NCBI GenBank assembly: GCA_002269645.1
Contig: NIVC01000646.1
Span: 62,001 to 126,000 of the forward strand
Source of the DNA: Macrostomum lignano
Taxonomy: Eukaryota
Length of the DNA stretch: 64,000 nt
Reading direction: 5' to 3'
Every line of letters starts with the position of its first letter. Within the stretch, counting starts at the first letter, position 1. This document shows, piece after piece, positions 15,059 to 25,000 of the stretch. The notes under the pieces were generated by a model. That model saw nothing but the letters and a program-made list of their open reading frames with translations. It had not been told where the DNA came from and made no database searches. The position numbers and the translations under genes were made by a program.

Positions 15059-15128
<70 letters not shown>
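15059..15128. repeat. (CT)n microsatellite
   Basis: Direct reading. Confidence 0.95.
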
Positions 15129-15131
<3 letters not shown>

Positions 15132-15935
15132 AAAAAACATATCCGCAGCTGGAGAAATCAACAGAAGCCTTTTACGCCAATTGCACTATACGTTTAAAAG
15201 CCAAAGATGAATTATGTCCTTTTTTGCTTTTCCCACTCTAGCTTCTTTGTAGCAAATATTGTCGCATTTGAAAAATCTCGCACATTTAGAAAGTTGAATT
15301 CTTTGTTAGTAAGAAACTCAAGGAGATTGAAATCTAAGGCATTACTCGTAAAAAGAATCGTGCGATTTTGGCTAAAAACTTGACTAAAAATGTAAGCCAA
15401 CCTATCTACGTGTCAGCTGATGTCTGAGAAAAAATATGAGTATATTTCTACAATAACTTTTTGTCCAGAATCAAAACTCTCGTTCTAACATAGCAAAACA
15501 GGAGACTGTGAGATAAAACGAAAATAAAAAATAATGACATAAACATGAAACCATGCTGCCCCGACAACATATGGCTAAAAGAAAGGAAATAGTACAGCAA
15601 AAATTGCCTTAGAAACAGGATGCCGCTAGGGAATACAGAATACCGAGTTTTGCCAATCCTGGGATCCTGGATGAAAAAGTTTCTATTCACCTTTGTTAGT
15701 GCAATTTTGGTTTACGAAGTCATCTAGTCTGATTTTAAAAGGCTTTCAATAATAAAAGTAGAGCAGAATGCATTATTTTGCAAGCAGACGCAATAGATGT
15801 GCTTTTTTACATGCCAGTATCAGCTCAGGAAAATCACACTTGATTTTGCTGTAACCTGGGCAACGACAGCTTACAGAACTATGGCCCGAGGTACTGATAC
15901 CAGGGTAGAAGGCGATCAGACCTCAGCCACAGATA

Positions 15936-16376
15936 CTAGAATAGCTAGATGGGTCGCTCAGCACATTTGCGTGTAAGCTACTTTAGTTCAGTAGTAAATT
16001 GAACAGAAGCATTTTAATGTATTTTTAAAGACAAGGCTTAATTTATTGGCTCTTACCCCCCAGCCTAAACCGGCCTCCAGTCGCGCCTTTCCACACTACC
16101 CCCCGCCCCGCCCCAATTTTATTGCCTTTCTCGGAATTCCAGCCTAAAGCTGCCATGTACATTTCAGTGGCTGGCTAATGTACATTACTGCTGAACCAAT
16201 TAGCAAGTTGTTTACGCCTGCAAGCTTGGCTTCTAAACTTATCAAAGTCATTTCAGCTGCCTTTTTTTATAAAATAGCTTATGCATCTTTTTTGCTACTG
16301 AACTGAAAGTAGAAAGCTGTTTTGCTAAGTACGAGTATATATGCCTGAGCCTGAGTGGCCCATCCAGTCATTCTAG
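15936..16376 (+). mobile_element. MITE, about 440 bp, with imperfect ~26-bp TIRs; copy 1
   Basis: Left end CTAGAATAGCTAGATGGGTCGCTCAG versus the reverse complement of the right end, CTAGAATGACTGGATGGGCCACTCAG. A homologous inverted copy lies at 59406-59850. Confidence 0.75.
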
Positions 16377-17767
16377 AATTTTTGACCTCACCTTCCCAGG
16401 GGCACCCGACCTAGATGGAGAATTGGTAGCTTGGGTTGTGGTCCGATAGCTATTCTAATCCCAACTACGGGCCAAGAAGGTATGAACTGCTTAAAGTAGT
16501 TCTGCCACCAACCCTATTCTGGGCATCTAAAGGATGGTCCTGACAGTGCCGAGAATGAGGTCTTTTGCATAGGGTCGAGATCTGCGCAAGGTCGAGACCC
16601 CTGATTTTAGCTAGGGTTTGAGATAGAGGGAGAGCTCAAATGAGCAGTTATGATTCGATTCCCGTCTGACAAGCGCTGTGATGGGAAACGATGAGGGATT
16701 GGCCTCTATTGCTTCAGGCTCTGTGCACAGGTTTTAGAATAATAATTACATAAGTCTCCGAGTACCGTATGCGTACATCTGCTTCATAGATCGTATCCAG
16801 CCAGTTATGATCCACTTAGTAAGTAATCCAGTCTTATAGCCCTAATATAACCTTATACCGCATATCCATTCATTTATTGAAGTTGTGAGCTCAAAAAGTC
16901 TATAAAGAATAGATTTGTTTTTTTAATTAAAACTTGAAACTTGGCAAACAAATGAATGTCAAAAACGGGAAATAATAAACAACCTCTATCCCGCGACCTC
17001 TAAAAGCTGCGAGTGGGTGTTTGAGTAAATACGGGCTGCTTAAGGTGCTTTACATGAAGGTATAGCATCTCAAAAACAGGTGAAAAAATAGTCAATTGCG
17101 AAAACAAAGGGGCTACAAGAAATCTTTAATTCTAAGATTAACATGAGAAATCCTATATACTAAAAATGGTCTGTCTGTGTCTATGTGATCGATTAGAGAA
17201 AAAATGGCTGTACCGATTTTGTTCGAACTTGCACTGTTCGATCAGAAATTTTCCCGTGACGGTACATGCATCGTGGCTAAGAAATTTCTTGATGCTAAAG
17301 GCATTAAATATTCGAAAAACATGCTTTTTTGCAAAGGTCAAGCAAACTTTTCGACTTGAAATGCATTGTAAGAATGCTAGAGAAAAAACTGACTGGTTGA
17401 ATTCTGATTCTGAAATAGATTGCATCATAACTGAATTGTAACTCCGACTTGAATTGAAAATGCAGTGTGGAAGCGTAGCACCAGACTTGATTTAGATTGC
17501 GTAACCATATTGTTAACTGATACTGACTGACTGAGAAACTGATTATGTCATAACTGCTTCGTGTGATTTTTACTCTATGCTTGGATTTTAAAGTGTTGAA
17601 TTATATAAGTGCAAAATTTGATGTTATCAAAACGATGAGAGCTAGCCTAGAGGTGAACAAACTGAACTGTTAAATGCAGCGACGATGGTTCGAATTTTCA
17701 TAGAGTATAATTTTTTAATTAAAGCTTTTCAACGTCAGGAAAACTAAAAGACTTTTTAAAAAGAATC

Positions 17768-19030
17768 GTCATGTAAAAATCATAGAAGCGTCATGTAAAA
17801 AATCATAGAAGCGTCATGTAAACAATCATAGAAGCGTCATGTAAAAAATCATAGAAGCGTCATGTAAAAAATCATAGAAGCGTCATGTAAACAATCATAG
17901 AAGCGTCATTTAAACAATCATAGAAGCGTCATGTAAACAATCATAGAAGCGTCATGTAAACAATCATAGAAGCGTCATATAAAAATCATAGAAGCGTCAT
18001 GTAAACAATCATAGAAGCGTCATGTAAACAATCATAGAAGCGTCATGTAAACAATCATAGAAGCGTCATGTAAACAATCATAGAAGCGTCATTTAAACAA
18101 TCATAGAAGCGTCATGTAAACAATCATAGAAGCGTCATGTAAAAAATCATAGAAGCGTCATGTAAACAATCATAGAAGCGCCATGTAAAAAATCATAGAA
18201 GCGTCATGAAACAATCATAGAAGCGTCATGTAAAAAATCATAGAAGCGTCATGTAAAAAGCATAGAAGCGTCATGTAAAAATCATAGAAGCGTCGTATAA
18301 ACAATCATAGAAGCGTCATGTAAACAATCATAGAAGCGTCATGTAAAAAATCATAGAAGCGTCATGTAAACAATCATAGAAGCGTCATGAAACAATCATA
18401 GAAGCGTCATGTAAAAAATCATAGAAGCGTCATGTAAAAAGCATAGAAGCGTCATGTAAAAATCATAGAAGCGTCGTATAAACAATCATAGAAGGGTCAT
18501 GTAAACAATCATAGAAGCGTCATGTAAACAATCATAGAAGCGTCATGTAAACAATCATAGAAGCGTCATGAAACAATCATAGAAGCGTCATGTAAACAAT
18601 CATAGAAGCGTCATGTAAAAAGCATAGAAGCGTCATGTAAAAATCATAGAAGCGTCGTATAAACAATCATAGAAGCGTCATGTAAACAATCATAGAAGCG
18701 TCATGTAAAAATCATAAAAGCGTCATGTAAAAATCATTGAAGCGTCCTGCAGAAATCGTAGAAGCGTCATGAAATAATCATAGAAGCGTCATGTAAAAAA
18801 TCATAGAAGCGTCATGTAAACAATCATAGAAGCGTCATGTAAACAATCATAGAAGCGTCATGTAAACAATCATGGAAGCGTTATGTAAAAAAATCATAGA
18901 AGCGTCATGTAAAAAGCATAGAAGCGTCATATAAACAATCATAGAAGCGTCATATAAAAAATCATAGAAGTGTCGTGTAAAAATCATAGAAGCGTCATGA
19001 AAAAATCATAGGAGCCTCATTTAAAAACTA
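17768..19030. repeat. 22-23-bp minisatellite (ATCATAGAAGCGTCATGTAAACA), about 55 copies
   Basis: Direct reading. Confidence 0.97.
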
Positions 19031-19928
19031 ATGAAAGTGTCATTTAAAAAATTAAGAAGCATCATGGTAGAATAAAAGAAGCGTCATGTCAGACATGAAG
19101 GGTGTCATGTAAAAATTAAATGCAGCTATAATGCTGTGCTGGGGAGAAAAACTGAGACGTAAAGGCTCTCAGAGAATAACTGAGATTACGGGGGGGGGGG
19201 TTCTGAGATGTCAAAGCAAAAGTCAGAAGCTACTTCAAAGTTCATGTACTTTACTCAATTTTTTTATTGCATTATTTGTTGGCTCGCCACGGGGGGGCGC
19301 TGATAGAAGAAGAGTCATGTAAAAAATAAAAGTAGCACTACGTATACATAAAAGAAAAGTCATGTCGAAGTTAAAAGATTCATTTGGGAATTGCTACGAT
19401 GTCAAAGCTTGGTGGAAATCGTTATAGTGCTGTGATTCTTAAAGAAGGAATCACTAAAATGTCAAGGCTTAGGGGAGAAGAATTGCTGAGATTTCAAGGC
19501 TTTAGGTTGGGTTAAAGTTAGGTTTAGGTCAGGTGTGGGTTGAGGGTTATATTTTATCGGATTTCAAGGTTAACAGAATAACAGGGGATTTTTTAGATTT
19601 CAAGGTTTATGGGGCCATCGCTGACATGTTAAGACTTACGGGGGGAATATCTGAGATGTCAAGGTTCACGGGGGTATAAATGAGATTTCAAGGCTAAAGT
19701 CAGAAGCTACATGTAGTTTATTGAAAACTTTTTATTACATTATTTGATGCCTCCTCTGGGGAGGGATCGCTGATAAAAAAGCGTAATGTAAAAAATAAAA
19801 TAAGCTTCATGTCGAAGTTAAGAGATTCATTTGGGAATCTCTACGATGTCGAGGCTTGCAGGGAATCGCTATAATGCTGTAGTAGTGCTATAATGACTCT
19901 TAGAGAGAATTACTGAAATTTCAATGCT

Positions 19929-19990
19929 TTAGGGTTAGGTTAGGGTTAGGGTTAGGGTTAGGGTTAGGGTTAGGCTAGGGTTAGGGTTAG
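19929..19990. repeat. short interstitial (TTAGGG)n run, about 9-10 units
   Basis: Direct reading. A more degenerate copy is at about 19501-19550. Confidence 0.85.
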
Positions 19991-20404
19991 AAGGTTGACA
20001 GATATTTTTAGATTTCCAAGGCTTATTTGGGGCATTGCTGAGATGTCAAGGGGGGAAGTTGATATGTTAAAGCTTGTGGGGGGGGGGGAATTACTGACAT
20101 GTCAAGGCTTACAAGGTTTGACAGGAGATTTTTTAAGATTTCAAGGATACATGTAGTTTATTAAAAAAACGTGTATTGCATTTCTTTGGCTCCCCAACGG
20201 GGGGCGTAGATTGCTAGTAACGTACTAAGTACTTAAACTTCAGACGAAAACTAGTTTCATTTTTTAAAGCTTTTTCAGGCAAAATTCAGTTTAAAACAAT
20301 CATAAAGAATATTTACGAGTTTTAAGCATAAAAGATTAACATGAATCGTAATGAGGTTTAAATAAGTGAAGAAACAAAACACTTAGAATTGCTGGGGTGC
20401 AGTA

Positions 20405-22008
20405 CAGCAGCATGGAGAAGGGACAGAGCAGACACAGCAGCATGGGGAGGGCACAGAGCAGACACAGCAGCATGGGGAGGGCACAGAGCAGACACAGCTG
20501 CATGGGGAGGGACAGAGCAGACACAGCAGCATGGGGAGGGCACAGAGCAGACACAGCTGCATGGGGAGGGGACAGAGCAGACACAGCAGCATGGGGAGGG
20601 GACAGAGCAGACACAGCAGCATGGAGAAGGGACAGAGCAGACACAGCATGGGGAGGGGACAGAGCAGACACAGCATGGGGAGGGCACAGAGCAGACACAG
20701 CAGCATGGGGAGGGGACAGAGCAGACACAGCATGGGGAGGGGACAGAGCAGACACAGCTGCATGGGGAGGGGACAGAGCAGACACAGCAGCATGGGGAGG
20801 GGACAGAGCAGACACAGCAGCATGGAGAAGGGACAGAGCAGACACAGCTGCATGGGGAGGGCACAGAGCAGACAGCAGCATGGGGAGGGCACAGAGCAGA
20901 CACAGCAGCATGAGGAGGGGACAGAGCAGACACAGCATGGGGAGGGCACAGAGCAGACACAGCAGCATGGGGAGGGGACAGAGCAGACACAGCATGGGGA
21001 GGGGACAGAGCAGACACAGCATGGGGAGGGCACAGAGCAGACACAGCAGCATGGGAGGGGACAGAGCAGACACAGCATGGGGAGGGCACAGAGCAGACAC
21101 AGCAGCATGGGGAGGGGACAGAGCAGACACAGCATGGGGAGGGGACAGAGCAGACACAGCATGGGGAGGGCACAGAGCAGACACAGCAGCATGGGGAGGG
21201 GACAGAGCAGACACAGCATGGGGAGGGCACAGAGCAGACACAGCAGCATGGGGAGGGGACAGAGCAGACACAGCATGGGGAGGGCACAGAGCAGACACAG
21301 CAGCATGGGGAGGGGACAGAGGAGACACAGCTGCATGGGGAGGGGACAGAGCAGACACAGCAGCATGGGGAGGGGACAGAGCAGACACAGCTGCATGGGG
21401 AGGGGACAGAGCAGACACAGCTGCATGGGGAGGGGACACAGCAGACACAGCAGCATGGGGAGGGCACAGAGCAGACAGCAGCATGGGGAGGGCACAGAGC
21501 AGACACAGCAGCATGGGGAGGGGACAGAGCAGACACAGCATGGGGAGGGCACAGAGCAGACACAGCAGCATGGGGAGGGGACAGAGCAGACACAGCTGCA
21601 TGGGGAGGGGACAGAGCAGACACAGCAGCATGGGGAGGGGACAGAGCAGACACAGCAGCATGGGGAGGGCACATAGCAGACAGCAGCATGGGGAGGGCAC
21701 AGAGCAGACACAGCAGCATGGGGAGGGGACAGAGCAGACACAGCTGCATGGGGAGGGGACAGAGCAGACACAGCAGCATGGGGAGGGGACAGAGCAGACA
21801 CAGCAGCATGGGGAGGGCACAGAGCAGACAGCAGCATGGGGAGGGCACAGAGCAGACACAGCAGCATGGGGAGGGGACAGAGCAGCAGCAGACACAGCAG
21901 CATGGGGAGGGGACAGAGCAGACACAGCAGCATGGGGAGGGGACAGAGCAGACACAGCTGCATGGGGAGGGGACAGAGCAGCAGCAGACACAGCAGCATG
22001 GGGAGGGG
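20405..22008. repeat. 27/30-bp minisatellite (CATGGGGAGGGGACAGAGCAGACACAGCAG), left part of the array split by the LINE
   Basis: Direct reading. The same unit resumes at 26770. Confidence 0.97.
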
Positions 22009-22075
22009 TGGGCAATGGGACCGCTTTCTCGTAGCGCCCCCGAGCACATGGATCCCCCATGTGGCGAAGTGTCCC
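22005..22075 (+). ncRNA. HDV-like self-cleaving ribozyme at the 5' end of the LINE
   Basis: P2 GGGAC(C)/(G)u-GUCCC; P3 GCU/AGC; L3 UUCUCGU; P1.1 UC/GA; P4 CACAUGG/CCAUGUG; G-G pair flanking P4; J4/2 C22065-GAA; P1 3' strand GCCCCC pairing with GGGGU (22005-22009). Confidence 0.8.
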
Positions 22076-25000
22076 TCCTTCCCCGGACAGCACGTACGAA
22101 GAGCAACGATTACGACAACGGCCCACCCGATCAGCGGGAAAGCGGGAACCTCGATCACGTCCTCCGCCTACGGGGCGGCAGCGACCCCCCGTCTAAAGGA
22201 AGCAGACACGGCAACCGTCGCAACAGGCGCCATGCTAAAGCACTGGAAGAGCTCCTTATCCTACAGTTCAACTGTAACGGCATTAGAGCCAGGACTCCGG
22301 AACTAACCAGGTGGCTGGATACGCATCGCCCTGCGGCAGTCCTTCTGCAAGAGACAAAACTAACGCCGGACACGAGCTACACCGCCCCGAGCGGCTATAG
22401 TGTAGCAGCCCGTGCCGACGGCAGCAACAAAATTGACATTTTCCCAGGCTCAGACGCCACCGAGAGCGCAACAGAAACTGCCACCGCCACCCGGCCATTC
22501 CAGCCCGGCGCCACGTGCACCGCCCGCACTTTCCCGCGAAGGCCACGGTGCCGTCTACGCTGGCCTGATGACAGAACTGACTGGTGTAAAGGCTGCAGAT
22601 CATCCCGATCGGCTTGCACCCGGCGCAATGAGCCATGGCCAGACGCGAAGGCCCAAATCGGCGCGGACAACCACAATAAAACCCAAAAAAATAACAACGC
22701 GCAATCCGGACCTGACCGCCACACGGCCACGACGCAACCAAACGATACAACCGGAGCGACGTCGGGACCCCTCGGCAAAAACACCACTGAAAAGCCGAAA
22801 AACATAAACTTGCAACCCGGTCTCGACACCGCCTCCACATGGCTGTGCGCAGCCTGCAACAATATCATTACCAAACGCCAGACTAGCCTCCGCTGCAACC
22901 AGTGCTGGAACTGGCTACACCTGAAATGTAGCGGCCTCAAGCGCAGTAAAGACTGGAACGACGAATACATCGGAAGCTGCTGCTCGACACCACAAGATGC
23001 GAGCCGATCCAGCACACCGTCAACATTGCCCAAGTCTACACCTAAAGATCCAGTAACGGTCAGACCAGCCAACCCGTCGACCCCACCGCAACGCCGCTCC
23101 AAGAGAGCCGGTCGGGGAGGCGCCCTCATCATGGTCAGAAACGATATCAACTTCACCACCCTGCCCGACCAATCCAAAGCCGCACTTGATATTGCTGCGT
23201 GCACTCTCCACCTCAAAGGTCAAGGCGACCTCAACATCGCCAGTGTGTACGCTGCCCCTCACAGTAGCCAACGCCAACATGAAGCCTGGACTCCGGATCT
23301 CTCTTGTATACCGATAACGGGCAACACCGTCATAGGCGGAGATTTCAATTGTCACGGTTACTGGGACCCTTTCCAGCCCGGAGACAACAGGGGCGCCGAA
23401 CTGGAAACCTGGGCGAGTAATAACAACCTCAACATCTGCAACACCAGGAACTCTGCGACAAGACTCAACCCAGCGACGGGAGGCAATTCGGCACCGGACT
23501 GCACCTTGGCCCGAGGCCGTCCGAGCGCAGTTGTTTGCAGAACCTGGTCCACCGCTAAAGATCTGGGCTCCGATCATCTGCCTATCACCTTCTGCGTGCA
23601 AGCGCGTCGCCCTCATCGACAACAACGACAAGCGCAGTGGTCGTACAAGAAGGCGAATTGGCATATATTTAAAGAGACCCTTCAAAATCATGTCCAGGAC
23701 GCGGCGGAATCCCCCGAAGCAGAACACAAACGTATCTGCAAAGCCATACTGCAAGCCGCCGCAGCAGCTATCCCGAAGGGAGCCCGGAACGGCGCGCAGA
23801 ACATTTCGAGACCTTTCTGGAATGACGAATGCGACACAGCGCTACACAGAAATCAGCAAGCCCGCAAAAATGTCGAAACAGATGCATCCGACACAAACAT
23901 GCAGGAACTCACGCAAGCGCGCACGTGCCTTCGCAATACCATTCACAACGCCAAAAAAGAATTCTGGTCGGAAACGTGTAAAGACATGAAGCTAGACACC
24001 AATCTCTACAGGACCCTCCGCAACATGAGAGGCGAAGCCAAACCACAAGCATCCAGCTCCACCATTAGTTATACCAACCCAACTTCTGGTAGGACTAAAG
24101 TGGCTATCACTAAAAAGAATAAGGCCGACCTCTTCATGCAAATTTACGCTAAAGAATCCCGGCTAGATAAGGGAGACAACGACGAGGCTATAGTGAAAGA
24201 GGCTAACCGCATCCTCCGCAACTGCAGAGCTACCGCCACCAACCACGGCCCGGAATCAGACTTTACTATCGGCGAATTCCGTCACATAATCCGCAGACTT
24301 AAATCCGGTAAATGCCCTGGCCCTGACCAGGTCAGCAATGAGATGTTGAAACAGCTCCCCCTGGCCATGGAGCTTCAGATCCTCAACCTTCTGAACAGAG
24401 TCTGGAAGGGTGACCAAGTCCCCACCGAATGGCGAAGAGCCACTATCATACCGATTCTTAAAAAGGACAAATCGCCAAGCTCACCGTCCTCGTACCGACC
24501 TATTGCCCTTACGAGCTCCATCTGCAAGGTCGGAGAGAAACTCGTACAGCAAAGACTTAACGCTTACCTCGAACGTGAACACAAACTGGCCCCAGAGCAG
24601 GCGGGCTTTCGCCAGGGCAGGAGCACCGAAGAGGTCCTCGCCCACACCTGCCAATCGATTTTTGATGGTTTTGAGGAACAACCAGCGAAACGCTCTGCCA
24701 TATGCCTACTCGACTTCAGCAAGGCCTATGACAGAGTATGGCGCGCTGCTCTGACTGTTAAGCTATACGAGCTCACGGTACCTGCTAGATTCATCCTCTG
24801 GGTGCACAAATTCCTCAGAGACCGCCGCGCCAGGGTGAAATGGCAACAAACTATCAGCAGGGAAAGAGTCCTCGAGGAGGGCCTTCCACAAGGAAGCGTC
24901 ATCGCCCCCACCCTGTGGACTACGTACGTCAACGACCTGCCGACGACCATAAAAAGGGCTAGCCCTGATTGTAAAATTAACCTATACGCCGACGACAGCT

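Larger units (their letters stand above)
17151..20217 (+). mobile_element. candidate non-autonomous Helitron, about 3.07 kb, carrying internal tandem repeats
   Basis: 5' end A|TCCTATATACTAAAAT..GTCTGTCTGT. 3' hairpin GCTCCCC-AAC-GGGGGGC (20189-20205) followed by CTAG|T. The flanking A and T match a Helitron AT target. Pairing of the two ends is inferred. Confidence 0.55.

Noticed and set aside
19929-19990. TTAGGG run (and the TTTAGG-like array at 57262-57552) as a relic of a chromosome end or fusion
   Set aside because: Only about 10 units, embedded in a duplicated internal unit of a repeat element and intronic.
20336-22158. ~590-aa ORFs on both strands, and the 21688 start of the 1623-aa ORF
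   Set aside because: Minisatellite read-through. The element itself begins at about 22005.
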